From positions 1-64,000 of IMG/VR virus record IMGVR_UViG_3300021255_005861: 64,000 nucleotides of DNA; one strand, 5' to 3'. The position numbers and the translations under genes are program-made. Positions 1 through 10,038 of the stretch are shown piece by piece. This DNA comes from a virus (taxonomy: Duplodnaviria; Caudoviricetes). The notes beneath the pieces were generated by a model, which was not told the origin of the DNA, searched no databases, and was given only the letters and a program-made list of their open reading frames with translations. Every line of letters starts with the position of its first letter. Positions within the stretch are counted from its first letter, which is position 1.

Positions 1-807
1 ATGATTATAAAGGTTAAGGAAGATATCGTCTGCGAGGGCATTGATATCGACCCGGTACGTCACGTGGTGTCGTATAACGCGAAGCACCAGGACAATGTCA
101 ATACGTCCGTCGAGGACAACCCGACTGTGGATACGGCCACTATTCCCGGTGTGGAAATATGGTCCATATTTTCCCGTAACCGCGTGGATACCCGCGACGG
201 CAATCATCTTGTATATGCCTTGAAGGGGGAGCGTGTTTGGAAGTTCCGCAGCGAGTGGGACAGAAAGGAAGTCCTCAAGCAGTTCAACCTCATCGCCGAC
301 AAGTTCCTCGCCACGCACAGGTACGACGTGATTGTTATTGCCCCTACGAGCAATCTCCTTAACGATTATATTGTTAATACTATAGTTTCCAAGAACCCGG
401 ATATCAAGTACATCCAGGGAGTGCTCCTCAAGCTCACTACGGGGGATATCCGCGCCATGGTGGACGAGAAGGGGTCCCGGTTCATTAGGGCATACCGGAA
501 CGAGATAGACGATGCGTTCCGCAGGCTGGAGGTGTACCTTGAGCGTATGGACCGCGAGCGCAACGGGGTGTTCACCCGTCATCTCGTGGACGACGACCGC
601 ATGAGGAACGTGCTGGACAGGACGCTGAAGAACAACGACGACCTCATCGCCGAGGACGCCGCCAAGATAACCGACCACGACGTGCTCATAGTGGACGACA
701 CTATCAGTAGGGGGCAGACCGTCAAGGAGGCAGTCAAGACGATACGTTCCTGCTACGCCCCGAAGTCGATAACGGTGCTCACGCTGTTCTCGAAATTGTA
801 CGCATAG
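1..807 (+). CDS. phosphoribosyltransferase (PRTase type I) domain protein
   Basis: C-terminal PRPP-binding loop VLIVDDTISRGQTV followed by ITVLTL; the start coincides with the window edge. Confidence 0.8.
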   Translation: MIIKVKEDIVCEGIDIDPVRHVVSYNAKHQDNVNTSVEDNPTVDTATIPGVEIWSIFSRNRVDTRDGNHLVYALKGERVWKFRSEWDRKEVLKQFNLIADKFLATHRYDVIVIAPTSNLLNDYIVNTIVSKNPDIKYIQGVLLKLTTGDIRAMVDEKGSRFIRAYRNEIDDAFRRLEVYLERMDRERNGVFTRHLVDDDRMRNVLDRTLKNNDDLIAEDAAKITDHDVLIVDDTISRGQTVKEAVKTIRSCYAPKSITVLTLFSKLYA

Positions 808-816
808 AAAAAACTC

Positions 817-898
817 CTTACTTTTTTCTTACATTTGTTCTATCCCCTCGAGGATTTGTTATATTATGGTTAAACAAAACCAAGAGGATAGCACGATG
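817..898 (+). promoter_or_regulatory. phage promoter/leader motif copy 1 (CTTA..CTTACA-N24-GTTATATT...GAGGATAGCAC-ATG)
   Basis: CTTACA 828-833, GTTATATT 858-865, GAGGATAGCAC from 884, ATG 896; identical spacing at six other sites. Confidence 0.8.
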
Positions 899-1165
899 CA
901 CTATTTTGAAATATACTACATCTGCGTTGACCGCGAGACGGGTCTTCCCGACTCCGTGTCCGTCAAGGCCACCGACTACAACCGCGTCGTGTGCAAGTTC
1001 AACGCGCTCGGCCTGCACCTCGACCCCGGCCAGGACGACCTGATGCTGTTCGAGTTCGAGACCGACTCCGAGGGCGAGGCGCACTGTGTGTCTATCCGTC
1101 ACGGACACGACTACCCGGACGGCAAGATCCCCTGCGTCATCTACGATTCCGAGGAGGTGGCGTAA
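896..1165 (+). CDS. hypothetical protein
   Basis: ATG after the conserved leader; phage-like codon usage. Confidence 0.7.
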   Translation: MHYFEIYYICVDRETGLPDSVSVKATDYNRVVCKFNALGLHLDPGQDDLMLFEFETDSEGEAHCVSIRHGHDYPDGKIPCVIYDSEEVA

Positions 1166-1333
1166 TGATGTTTAACGAACATTTCCCCAAGTGCGGCTCG
1201 TGGCGCAGGTTCTACGAGGGCAGCTTAATGGACCGCATCGGACCCTCCCTTGCTGTCCTCGGCATCTTCATCGGGTACCTCGTGATGGGCACTATAGAAA
1301 CTTTGTGAGCATGATGATAGAGGAATTAAAGAA

Positions 1334-1966
1334 ATGACACAAGAAGAACTAAACAAGATCGTCGAACAGCACCAACATTGGCTCAAAGAGGACTGCGAAG
1401 GCTGGGAAGATATGAGAGCCAATCTCGCGGGCGCCAATCTCGCGGGCGCCAATCTCGCGGGCGCCAATCTCGCGGGCGCCAATCTCGCGAACGCCAATCT
1501 CGCGGGCGCCTATCTCGCGGGCGCCAATCTCGCGAACGCCAATCTCGCGGGCGCCTATCTCTCGGGCGCCTATCTCTCGGGCGCCAATCTCGCGGGCGCC
1601 AATCTCGCGAACGCCAATCTCGCGGGCGCCTATCTCTCGGGCGCCGACAAATTCCGTCTTGGCAAGATGCTAGACGAACCGCTGACGGGCTACAAGAAAA
1701 CGACTGAAGGCGTGGTCATTACAGCAGAGATTCCCGCAGGCGCCATCGTGTTCTCCATCAACGGCAGCAAGTGCCGGACGAACCGGGCGAAGATTACCGG
1801 TATGGACGGACACGAAGTCCTGCACTCAAGATATGACAATTCATTCGAATATCGCCTCGGGCAGGAAATCGAAATAAAGGACTTCAACCTGATGTATAAC
1901 GTGGAGTGTGCCAGCGGGTTCCATTTCTTCAGGACTCGTAAGGAAGCGGAGGAATACAATAGATAG
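1334..1966 (+). CDS. pentapeptide-repeat protein with conserved phage C-terminal domain
   Basis: about 15 A(N/Y)L(A/S)(G/N) repeats; C-terminal GYKK...KCR...ECASGFHFF. Confidence 0.9.
   Translation: MTQEELNKIVEQHQHWLKEDCEGWEDMRANLAGANLAGANLAGANLAGANLANANLAGAYLAGANLANANLAGAYLSGAYLSGANLAGANLANANLAGAYLSGADKFRLGKMLDEPLTGYKKTTEGVVITAEIPAGAIVFSINGSKCRTNRAKITGMDGHEVLHSRYDNSFEYRLGQEIEIKDFNLMYNVECASGFHFFRTRKEAEEYNR
1418..1645 (+). repeat. 15-bp coding tandem repeat (GCCAATCTCGCGGGC)n
   Basis: directly visible; encodes the pentapeptide repeats. Confidence 0.95.
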
Positions 1967-1979
1967 GAGGCCTTGTAGT

Positions 1980-2267
1980 ATGGATATATATGAAGAGGCA
2001 CGCAGGCGCATCGCCGAGGGGTCCGTGGCTACGACCCCGGCTGACGCTAGCCGGACTAAAGTCAATTACAAGCGGTTCTACGAGGCCCACCGCGCCGAGC
2101 AGGTGCGGAGGATGTCCTTGAACAACAAGGAGTTCTTCCTGCGCTGGGGCGTCAGCCAGTCCGCGTGGGCGAAATGGCTCAAGCGCTACAGGGCAGGTGA
2201 GTTCAAGGACGTGCCCGCCAAGTACGCGGGCCTGGTCGAACTATATAGGCTCGAAGGGAGGTTGTGA
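1980..2267 (+). CDS. hypothetical protein, possible HTH DNA-binding
   Basis: RWGVSQSAWAKW HTH-like segment; AGGAGG upstream. Confidence 0.55.
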   Translation: MDIYEEARRRIAEGSVATTPADASRTKVNYKRFYEAHRAEQVRRMSLNNKEFFLRWGVSQSAWAKWLKRYRAGEFKDVPAKYAGLVELYRLEGRL

Positions 2268-2268
2268 T

Positions 2269-2592
2269 ATGGCCAAGGTGATAGACGTGGATCTCGCGTC
2301 GGCTAAGTTCAAGGAAATCGCGGAAGCCGAGCGTAGCAGTCGCCTGCAGTGGTCGCGTACCCTGTGGCGGCTCCGCTGGCATTATGCCTGCAGGATGTAT
2401 GACCTGTTCGAGGCGCTGGAGTTCCGAAACGCCCCGTACTTCTACACGGCAGACGCTATCGGCCCGAGCATGGTCCGTATGGACCGCTACAAGAAGACCC
2501 CGCGGGAATGGATGGACGTGTGGATGGACGTGTCCGAGAGGATATTGAAGAAACTCAAGGAGGTCAACCGTGCGAACCCGGAAGATGAATAG
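2269..2592 (+). CDS. hypothetical protein
   Basis: GGAGG RBS, operon packing. Confidence 0.65.
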   Translation: MAKVIDVDLASAKFKEIAEAERSSRLQWSRTLWRLRWHYACRMYDLFEALEFRNAPYFYTADAIGPSMVRMDRYKKTPREWMDVWMDVSERILKKLKEVNRANPEDE

Positions 2593-2992
2593 GCAGGCGG
2601 TTATAGCCCTTCTCCAGCGGGAGCGGGGCACGGTCTACGGGCGCTACTCCGGGGACGAGGCGGCTGAAGTGTCCGCGATGTACGACTACGTAATCGACGT
2701 GATGGACAGGGCGATGCTGCAGAACCGCACCGGTAAGCTGGTGCGCATGGCCGACGGCACGCGCAAGTGGTTCCCGAACAAGGAGGCGCGGAGGATGCTG
2801 AAGCGCCCCCGAGAGGAGCGGTATACCGAGGCCGGGTCCGTGTGGGGACTGGAGAAATGCAGGGAGAAGAGGTGCCGGTACGGGGACTGCAAGGCGTACT
2901 GCGAGAAGCACACCGCGTGTATTCACTGCGAGGACGCATGGCTGTTCGGGGCTATGCCGGACAAGGACTGTTTCGAGGTGGCCGGAAAATGA
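2570..2992 (+). CDS. hypothetical protein, Cys-rich C-terminus
   Basis: ORF in operon. Confidence 0.6.
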   Translation: MRTRKMNRQAVIALLQRERGTVYGRYSGDEAAEVSAMYDYVIDVMDRAMLQNRTGKLVRMADGTRKWFPNKEARRMLKRPREERYTEAGSVWGLEKCREKRCRYGDCKAYCEKHTACIHCEDAWLFGAMPDKDCFEVAGK

Positions 2993-3068
2993 AAGGTTTT
3001 TATATCTATCCAAATCCTGCATTTGAGAGGGCTTTAAAACGATTTTGGAAGAAATGGAAGGAGGCTAG

Positions 3069-3305
3069 ATGACGAACTTCAATCATTGGCAGCAGACCGC
3101 TCCCGAGAAGTACCGGGCAGCGAAGCCCGAGGACCTTATCGTGGATCGCGGAGAGGTGGACGAGACGGAGGAGTTCCGCTACATAGCGCGGATAGACTGT
3201 TTCGAGTGCCCCTGTCATATCCAGTGCCATAGCAATCACGACATGTGGCGCGGGTGCTCGGAGATATTTCTAGAGTGGGCAAAGGAGGAAGTATGCTTAC
3301 AGTGA
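3069..3305 (+). CDS. hypothetical Cys-rich protein
   Basis: GGAGG RBS; CxxCPC motif. Confidence 0.6.
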   Translation: MTNFNHWQQTAPEKYRAAKPEDLIVDRGEVDETEEFRYIARIDCFECPCHIQCHSNHDMWRGCSEIFLEWAKEEVCLQ

Positions 3306-3459
3306 ACTACCCACCGCCTTTTGTAAAAGGCACGAACGGCGATGCCGTTGTTACGAAGTATGCCGAGCTCGTGGCTTTCCCGGACACCGACTTTGAGGTC
3401 TGTGCCGTCCACATCCCGATCCGCTTCTGCCCGTTTTGTGGCAGGCCGATGAAATAATT

Positions 3460-3546
3460 CTTATTTATTTCTTACAAGCGTATCCCGTCACGGAAAATTA
3501 GTTATATTTTTTTTGGTAAACCAAAACCACAGAGGATAGCACAATG
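3460..3546 (+). promoter_or_regulatory. phage promoter/leader motif copy 2
   Basis: CTTACA 3471-3476, N24, GTTATATT 3501-3508, GAGGATAGCACAATG 3532-3546. Confidence 0.8.
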
Positions 3547-3638
3547 AAGAAACAACCCGTATTTAGCGCCCCGATGCTCATTATCCGGGGCAACGAACTC
3601 AAGGTAGCACGCGTATGCATACCCGCAAGGAGGGCATA

Positions 3639-4208
3639 ATGGCCACTATCAAGTTTATCACCGAGCCCCTCCAGCAGTACGTCACCCGCACCAAGACCAA
3701 GGACATGGTCTACGCCCGCACCTCTTACACCTGCCCCCTTTGTAAGGTGTCCGTGAGTAACCGCGAGTTCCTCAAGCACGTGGAAACCACGCACGCACTC
3801 CGCAAGGACGAATGCTTCGCCATGCTCTACGGCGTACCGTTCCCCGCCCGTTGCACCTGCGGGAAGGAACTCCACTACAGCGAGTCGCATCACGGATTTC
3901 CCACCTCCTGCGGGAACTGCGCCACGGGATGCACGTCCAAGCTGAACTACAAGAACGCCGATGACGCCCACAAGCACGTCGAGCAGCTCGAGGCCTTGCT
4001 TGCGCAGGCCAAGGAGGAGGAGAAGCGCCTCAAGCAGGAAGCCGAGCTCTCCCGCATTCCGCTCGCCGACCTCCCGTATCCTACGAAGAAGGATACCCGT
4101 TTCCTCAAGCGCCTCGCCATGTCCATCCGCACGTACGCGGTAAACTGCGAGAAGGAGAAACTGCAGGAACTCGCCAACGTCATCGACGCCAAGGTGGCTT
4201 CCCTATGA
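3639..4208 (+). CDS. zinc-finger protein with coiled coil
   Basis: CPLC...HVETTH (C2H2) and CTCG...SCGNC. Confidence 0.7.
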   Translation: MATIKFITEPLQQYVTRTKTKDMVYARTSYTCPLCKVSVSNREFLKHVETTHALRKDECFAMLYGVPFPARCTCGKELHYSESHHGFPTSCGNCATGCTSKLNYKNADDAHKHVEQLEALLAQAKEEEKRLKQEAELSRIPLADLPYPTKKDTRFLKRLAMSIRTYAVNCEKEKLQELANVIDAKVASL

Positions 4209-4909
4209 TGTACGACATGCTCCAGTACGAAACCGTCAAACGCGTCTGGGAAACCTTTCAGGCACACTCGGCGTTCATCAACAAGAAGTACGAAACGTTC
4301 AAGGGGGAGAACACTTACTGGACGTCTGACCGCGAACGCTTTGTTGGCAGGTTCTTTAAGCCGTATGTCGGCAAGTGCATTGCCTTCACCGACAAGCTCG
4401 TCCGTGGGTACAAGTCTGAATACGATGGCCACGCATTTTATCACTCGTGTCGCCCACAGTCTGTGTACAGTAACGAGTACTACAGGTCTTGGGGCGCCAA
4501 TGGAGAGCCACTATTCATGTCGCAGAAGCGGTATCTGTGCATCACGGGGTTTCAAGCTGTGAACGAGCTGTATGGTCTAGGGTATATCGAGATGTCGTGC
4601 CTCGATGAGAGGGGCGGCGATTTCAAGGTTCGCCTTGACCACAATAACTTGTTGCGTATCCAGTTCAAGGAGATATCTGAGGTCGAGTATAGCGGCGTAG
4701 CGAGACTGTTCGAAGACGACCGTGACGATAGGCCGTACAAGGTCAAGCGTTACTTTGTGAACAAGGAAGTCAAGGAGCGCAAGGTCAAGGGGCAGGTGGT
4801 GCAAAAGGTAAAGGAGCATGTGGTCACTGAGGAGGTTGAGGTCATGGCGAAGGACATCGACGCAGCGTCCAAGAAGCTCCCCAACACAATCAGCGTAGAG
4901 AGGATCTGA
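4205..4909 (+). CDS. hypothetical protein
   Basis: 234-aa ORF, overlapping start/stop. Confidence 0.7.
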   Translation: MMYDMLQYETVKRVWETFQAHSAFINKKYETFKGENTYWTSDRERFVGRFFKPYVGKCIAFTDKLVRGYKSEYDGHAFYHSCRPQSVYSNEYYRSWGANGEPLFMSQKRYLCITGFQAVNELYGLGYIEMSCLDERGGDFKVRLDHNNLLRIQFKEISEVEYSGVARLFEDDRDDRPYKVKRYFVNKEVKERKVKGQVVQKVKEHVVTEEVEVMAKDIDAASKKLPNTISVERI

Positions 4910-4911
4910 AT

Positions 4912-5211
4912 ATGGCTAGAGAACGTACATTCAAGAGTGTAACGGAACTGCTCAAGGGCATGGGGCTGACAAAGAAGGCCGTGAATGCGGTAGAGGACAA
5001 GATCGAGCAGTCTACGATAGCCCGAGAACTTATCACCCGCCGTACGCTGGCGAACCTTACGCAAAAGGAACTGGCGGATAAGATGGGCGTGTCCGAGAAG
5101 GCCGTGGCCCGGATCGAGGATACTCCCAACGAAAAGCAGACGATGGGCAACATTAAGTCCTACGCCAACGCCCTCGGCTACCGCGTGTTCCTGCACTTCG
5201 AGGAAAAGTAG
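4912..5211 (+). CDS. XRE-family helix-turn-helix regulator
   Basis: LTQKELADKMGVSEKAVARIE...YANALG. Confidence 0.9.
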   Translation: MARERTFKSVTELLKGMGLTKKAVNAVEDKIEQSTIARELITRRTLANLTQKELADKMGVSEKAVARIEDTPNEKQTMGNIKSYANALGYRVFLHFEEK

Positions 5212-5385
5212 TCCTCCTGCTATATCCTATTGGAGGCATTTTATGACGTTGCAAGAAAAGGTAAAGGAATCTTACGAGGCCCGCAAGGCGGACACCCCGA
5301 AGGAACAGATCATCGGGTGCGTGCACTCCGACGTGCACGTTTATATGGACGAGCACCCGGATGAGGCCAGGGAGTGGTTCAGCAA

Positions 5386-6726
5386 ATGAAACTGCTGCAG
5401 GCGAAAGACCTCACGAACGACCAGAAGAAGGCTCTTACGGCGGTGCGCAAGTTCCTGAAGGGGCCTGACCGCTGTATGTGCCTTTCGGGTGCCGCGGGGA
5501 CGGGGAAGAGCAGCCTGATGAACGTCCTGCTCCACGAACTCGACAGGAAGAAGATAAAGACGATCTGCTGCGCCCCTACCAACAAGGCCGTGGGGGTGCT
5601 CGCCAAGCATACGGGCAGGAATTACACGCAGACTATATACTCGCTCCTAGGCCTCGTGCTGGAGGAGCAGGGGGACGAACCCCCGAAGATCCGGCAGAAG
5701 GGCTTGCCCAAGATAGGCGGGTACCGCCTCGTCGTAGTGGACGAGGCCTCGATGGTATCCCGCGAACTCATGGCCTACATCAAGGACGAACTAGAGGATA
5801 GCCCGAAGACTCGAGTGCTGTTCGTCGGCGACTCCTGCCAGCTTCCCCCCGTGGACGACACGAGGAAGGGATACGAGGACTCCGTCGCCTTCGACTTTCC
5901 GCTACGTGCGAACCTGGACAAGGTGGTGCGCGTGTCCGACGTGAACCCGATACTGGAGGTGGTAACCGCCATCCGACAGGACATGCGCTCGCGGTACGAC
6001 CTGTTCCAGCACGAGACGAAACTGAACGGGGATGCGGGCATAACGTTCACGTCCAGTTCGGACGAGTTCCTCTCCATGATGCTTGCCAAGTTCAACACCA
6101 GGGAGTACAGGGCGGACCCGGACTACGCTATCGCACTCGCCTACACAAACCGCAGGGTGGACGCCCTGAACGCATATATCCGTGGCGCCATCTACGGGAA
6201 GGACGCCCCCGGCTACCTTCCCGGCGAAATCGTCCGCGTTAAGGACACGTACAAGAAGACGAAGGGCGAGCAGACAGTCATCATCTGCTCCATGGAAGAC
6301 CGCCTCCGCATAGACGGGTGCCAGCCTTGCGAGATAGACGGCATTCCATGCTACAATCTGTACATGTACCCCGTGGACGGGGGCGAACCCATACGGGCGT
6401 CCGCCGTAGCCCCGACAAGGGACGGGCAGATGCGGTACAGAGCAAAGAGGGATGCGCTAGCCCGAGCGGCGAAGGATAATATCGCGGGCGGGATGGGTCG
6501 CGGGCAGGCGTGGAGCCCCTACTTCCGCTTCAAGGAGAAGTTCATCTCCCTGGGCTACGTCTACGCCCTCACGGTGCACAAGTCGCAGGGCAGCACGATA
6601 CGGAACGTGTTCGTGGACGAGACGGATATCGACTGGGTGGACGACGACCTCATGCGCAACCGCCTCAAGTACACCGCCTTCACGAGGGCGTCGGAACGGC
6701 TGACCGTGTTGAGCCACCCGGACTAG
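5386..6726 (+). CDS. dda: Dda/RecD-like SF1B DNA helicase
   Basis: Walker A GAAGTGKS, APTNKAV, VVDEASMV, VGDSCQLPPV, YALTVHKSQGST, YTAFTRA. Confidence 0.9.
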   Translation: MKLLQAKDLTNDQKKALTAVRKFLKGPDRCMCLSGAAGTGKSSLMNVLLHELDRKKIKTICCAPTNKAVGVLAKHTGRNYTQTIYSLLGLVLEEQGDEPPKIRQKGLPKIGGYRLVVVDEASMVSRELMAYIKDELEDSPKTRVLFVGDSCQLPPVDDTRKGYEDSVAFDFPLRANLDKVVRVSDVNPILEVVTAIRQDMRSRYDLFQHETKLNGDAGITFTSSSDEFLSMMLAKFNTREYRADPDYAIALAYTNRRVDALNAYIRGAIYGKDAPGYLPGEIVRVKDTYKKTKGEQTVIICSMEDRLRIDGCQPCEIDGIPCYNLYMYPVDGGEPIRASAVAPTRDGQMRYRAKRDALARAAKDNIAGGMGRGQAWSPYFRFKEKFISLGYVYALTVHKSQGSTIRNVFVDETDIDWVDDDLMRNRLKYTAFTRASERLTVLSHPD

Positions 6727-6779
6727 GAGTTTTTATATTTGAATGGAACCTAATGCTATCCTCATTAGGGTTGTGTGGT

Positions 6780-6818
6780 GGGCTCCTCCCTTTGTCAACC
6801 TTGGGAGGAGCCCATTTT
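6780..6818 (+). terminator. intrinsic terminator-like hairpin
   Basis: GGGCTCCTCCC / GGGAGGAGCCC 11-bp stem followed by ATTTT. Confidence 0.7.
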
Positions 6819-6836
6819 CTACAAGGAGGAAAAACT

Positions 6837-7019
6837 ATGTACATGAATTGGAATAACTCCAAGAACCCTCCCGAGAAGGACGGGGAGTATGTCGTCAGCA
6901 TCAAGGGCCGCATCTCGGTTGTGCACTACCACGGGGGCTCGGGATTCTACGTCCGCGACGTGCAGGACAAGGTGGTGCCGCTCTCGGTGGAATTCTGGAT
7001 GCCGATGCCGAAAAAATAA
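6837..7019 (+). CDS. small phage protein (DUF551-like)
   Basis: PPEKDGEYVV...FWMPMP pattern; AGGAGG RBS. Confidence 0.65.
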   Translation: MYMNWNNSKNPPEKDGEYVVSIKGRISVVHYHGGSGFYVRDVQDKVVPLSVEFWMPMPKK

Positions 7020-7086
7020 GAAATAAGTAAGTTGCGGATGAAACTTACACGATGTATATTTGTTTGAACCTATAAGGATAAAACCA

Positions 7087-7962
7087 ATGAGAATTTTGCT
7101 TACCGCCGACCTGCACCTACGCGGGGACGCCCCCGCCTGCCGCAAGGATCCCGATTTATGGATGGAGGAGCAGGCCCAGTCCGTCCGCCAGCTCTACCCT
7201 ATCGCCTCCCGCTGCGACGAGGTGTGGATCGTGGGTGACCTGTTCCACCGACCGTACACGTCCACGGAGGCCACCGTGCAGGCGCTGTCCCTCTTGAGCG
7301 CCTTCCCCGTACCCGTGCGCATATTGGCGGGCAACCACGACCTCAAGCAGCACGCCATCGGCAACCTCGACAAGTCCACGATAGGCACGGTCTTCTCCCT
7401 TACGAACGTGTCCGAACTGCGCAGTTTCTCCGACGGGGACCTGCGGGTAGAGGCCTTCCCCTTCGGGACGGAACCTACCCCGATTCCCTCCTGCGACGTA
7501 TGGCTCACGCACCAGCTCACGTTCCCCGACGAGGCGTCCCGACCGATGCCGGACCTGGGCGTGCTCGCGGAAGACCTGCTGAAGGCGTCCGATGCCAAAG
7601 TGGTGATAACCGGAGATTACCACCACGGATACGTGTACGAGAAGGACGGGCGCAAGGTAGTTACCTGCGGGTGCCTGGACATACAGGCCAGTGACATGGA
7701 GGACTACGTACCCCGCTGTTACATCTTGGACACCGCCACGTTCGACGTGATGGAGGTGCCGTTGGACAAGTTCGGTGAGGTAAGGCCGGATCCAAAGCGC
7801 GAGTCCCGGCAGGAGCTGGAAACGTACCTGGAGGGGCTGACCGACTTCGAGGTTCCCCACCTGGACTTCCTCGCCAACGTGGAGGCGGCGAAGGAGGGAG
7901 CGGAGAGGGAGGTGCGCCTCGCCGTGGACGACGTGCTGGAGTCCTACGTTCCCGAAAGATAA
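7087..7962 (+). CDS. SbcD/Mre11/T4 gp47-like metallophosphoesterase nuclease
   Basis: ADLHL, VGDLFH, AGNHD, TGDYHH motifs. Confidence 0.9.
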   Translation: MRILLTADLHLRGDAPACRKDPDLWMEEQAQSVRQLYPIASRCDEVWIVGDLFHRPYTSTEATVQALSLLSAFPVPVRILAGNHDLKQHAIGNLDKSTIGTVFSLTNVSELRSFSDGDLRVEAFPFGTEPTPIPSCDVWLTHQLTFPDEASRPMPDLGVLAEDLLKASDAKVVITGDYHHGYVYEKDGRKVVTCGCLDIQASDMEDYVPRCYILDTATFDVMEVPLDKFGEVRPDPKRESRQELETYLEGLTDFEVPHLDFLANVEAAKEGAEREVRLAVDDVLESYVPER

Positions 7963-7964
7963 AT

Positions 7965-8039
7965 CTTATTTGTTTCTTACATTTATGTTTTTACCCGGAA
8001 GATTAGTTATATTTAGTACAACTAGAGGATAGCACAATG
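7965..8039 (+). promoter_or_regulatory. phage promoter/leader motif copy 3
   Basis: CTTACA 7976-7981, N24, GTTATATT 8006-8013, GAGGATAGCACAATG 8025-8039. Confidence 0.8.
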
Positions 8040-8189
8040 ACCGTTAGGCAACTAATCAATAAACTGAACGCATCGTGGAACTTGGACGCGGAGGTGAAGA
8101 TAAACACCCCCGAGGGCGAGTTCGAAATACAGGATGTGGTCACGCAGTACGATGACCAGGTGTACATCGACATCGTGGAGGATCGGTAA
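8037..8189 (+). CDS. small hypothetical protein (MTVRQLINKL...)
   Basis: 50-aa ORF after the conserved leader, coupled to the next gene. Confidence 0.65.
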   Translation: MTVRQLINKLNASWNLDAEVKINTPEGEFEIQDVVTQYDDQVYIDIVEDR

Positions 8190-8662
8190 TGGAGACAATT
8201 AAGTACAACGGTATGGAGCTGGAAGAATTTAAATCGGATAAGCCAGTAATCTTTGATTCCCCCAGGGCAGCGTTGTGTTGGATGAACAATGGTTGGCAAG
8301 GGGGTGTCTGTGAATATATCCTTGCGTTCATCCCTCGTAGCGATAGCTGTCTTGTTGTAACGGACCATAGCACCTGGCTTCACTGCGCCCTCCTTCCCGA
8401 GAAACCCGTTCCCCGCAAGGTGACGAACCGAGAACTGGCGGAGTGGTTGGCGAGGGGCAACGGGCAGGTGCAGTACAAGGTACCTGGGGATAGTGACTTG
8501 GAAGGATACCGAGTAGTGACGTCCTCTACATGGACGTACAAGGGCGATGATAACTGGGCGCTAGACTATGAGAACTTCTACGGCGATGTGTGGGTCCGCC
8601 GGTGGGGCGATAACGAGTGGCACGTGCCCACTACAGAGTACCTCGACTTGGAGGACGTATGA
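8189..8662 (+). CDS. hypothetical protein; N-terminal domain paralogous to 15131-16084
   Basis: YNGMELEEFKSDKPVIFDSPRAALCW vs YKGKELKEYTGSDPIFFNPPKHMVCW. Confidence 0.7.
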   Translation: METIKYNGMELEEFKSDKPVIFDSPRAALCWMNNGWQGGVCEYILAFIPRSDSCLVVTDHSTWLHCALLPEKPVPRKVTNRELAEWLARGNGQVQYKVPGDSDLEGYRVVTSSTWTYKGDDNWALDYENFYGDVWVRRWGDNEWHVPTTEYLDLEDV

Positions 8663-9222
8663 CGCTCGATATTATCATAATATGCCTCTATCTCGGATTG
8701 AGCGTCCTGTATTACTGCCTTCTTCGCCGTGAGTGGAAAGGAAAAATCCAGACCCTGGAGCAGAAGGTCGCCAGCAGGGATGAGCAGATCCATCACCTGC
8801 AAGGACTGCTCCGCGAGAACCCGCACCGGGTCGCTGCGGAAGCTCCCTTCGACACCAGCGCCTTCAGGGAACGCCCGCGGGAGTATATGGAGTCACTTAT
8901 GGAAAACCTCACCCGCAGCGTGTCCGAGAGCATCGCCCGCGACCTATACGCCTACCTGTACCCTCAAGTTACCCGCAACATCGACGGGCTCGTGTCCCGC
9001 GGTTCCCGTAAGGTGCGCCTCCACATACCGTTGGTGCGTGCCGACCTCGAGGGCGTGCAGGTGTTCGGGGAGGATGAAATGGGCGTCCCGTATGAGGTCA
9101 CGGAGGACCCAAGGATTACTCTTTTGATGGCTCAACAGGAAGCATTCGGGGCTAGCCTCTCCCTGCACGAACTGGGCGCTATCAACAAGGATTCCGTAGA
9201 GCGCATATTACAAGGAATTTAA
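8659..9222 (+). CDS. membrane-anchored hypothetical protein
   Basis: N-terminal hydrophobic helix, then coiled coil. Confidence 0.65.
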   Translation: MTLDIIIICLYLGLSVLYYCLLRREWKGKIQTLEQKVASRDEQIHHLQGLLRENPHRVAAEAPFDTSAFRERPREYMESLMENLTRSVSESIARDLYAYLYPQVTRNIDGLVSRGSRKVRLHIPLVRADLEGVQVFGEDEMGVPYEVTEDPRITLLMAQQEAFGASLSLHELGAINKDSVERILQGI

Positions 9223-9241
9223 ACGTTAAAGGAATTATATC

Positions 9242-9475
9242 ATGGAATTTGAAGAAATCAAGACCCGTATCGACCGCCTCAAGGCGGAGAAGGCACGCGC
9301 CGAAGGGCAGAAGCAGGCCATCGAGGAGGCGTGGAAGCGCGACTACAACGTGTCCACGCTGGAGGAGGCCGAGGCCCTCGTGTCCTCCCTCGAGAAGGAC
9401 TTGGAGAAGGCCAGGGCCGCACAGGAGAAGTACCTCTCCGAGGCCGACGCCCTGCTCACGGAGGCCGGGGTCTAA
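9242..9475 (+). CDS. small coiled-coil protein coupled to the SbcC C-terminal half
   Basis: heptad-rich 77 aa; TAATG overlap with the next gene. Confidence 0.75.
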   Translation: MEFEEIKTRIDRLKAEKARAEGQKQAIEEAWKRDYNVSTLEEAEALVSSLEKDLEKARAAQEKYLSEADALLTEAGV

Positions 9476-10038
9476 TGACTATAACGGAGTTGCAGAAGAA
9501 GGTGGCCGCGGGACGTGCACGCCTTGACCTCGCCGAGCGCAACCTCGCGGACGGGCGTTCCTCTTTGGAGCACCTGGAGAGTACCCTCGACAGCAGGAAG
9601 AAGGCACTCGCCCTCCTGCAGGACGTGGCCTCCAAGACGCAGGCCCAGCTCAAGGATGCCGTGGAACGCACCGTGCAGGGCTGCATAGACCTCCTGTTCC
9701 CCGGATATGAGTTCCGCGTCAACTTCGTCCCCAAGAGGGGCAAGGTGGATACGGAGTTCCGCATCTGCAGGGACAAGGTGGAACTGGACCCGCTCGCCTC
9801 CTCGGGTGGCGGCGTGGTGGACGCGGTGTCCTTCTCGCTCCGAGCGGGATGCCTGCGGCTTGCGGGTCGCCGTCCTATATTGCTACTGGATGAGCCGTTC
9901 AAGCACGTGCGTGGCGAGCCAAGGAAGGAACTGGGTCGCGTGCTCACTACACTTGTGGAGAAGATGGGCGTGCAGGTACTGATGGTCAGCGACGTAGCCG
10001 GTACGGACATCGACGCAGAAAAGGAATATTCTTTCTAG
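9475..10038 (+). CDS. SbcC/Rad50/gp46-like ATPase, C-terminal half
   Basis: coiled coil, signature-like SSGGG, Walker B/D-loop LLLDEPF; no Walker A. Confidence 0.85.
   Translation: MTITELQKKVAAGRARLDLAERNLADGRSSLEHLESTLDSRKKALALLQDVASKTQAQLKDAVERTVQGCIDLLFPGYEFRVNFVPKRGKVDTEFRICRDKVELDPLASSGGGVVDAVSFSLRAGCLRLAGRRPILLLDEPFKHVRGEPRKELGRVLTTLVEKMGVQVLMVSDVAGTDIDAEKEYSF

Noticed and set aside
1418-1645. DGR variable repeat or non-coding array
   Set aside because: In-frame pentapeptide coding repeat; no reverse transcriptase or template repeat seen
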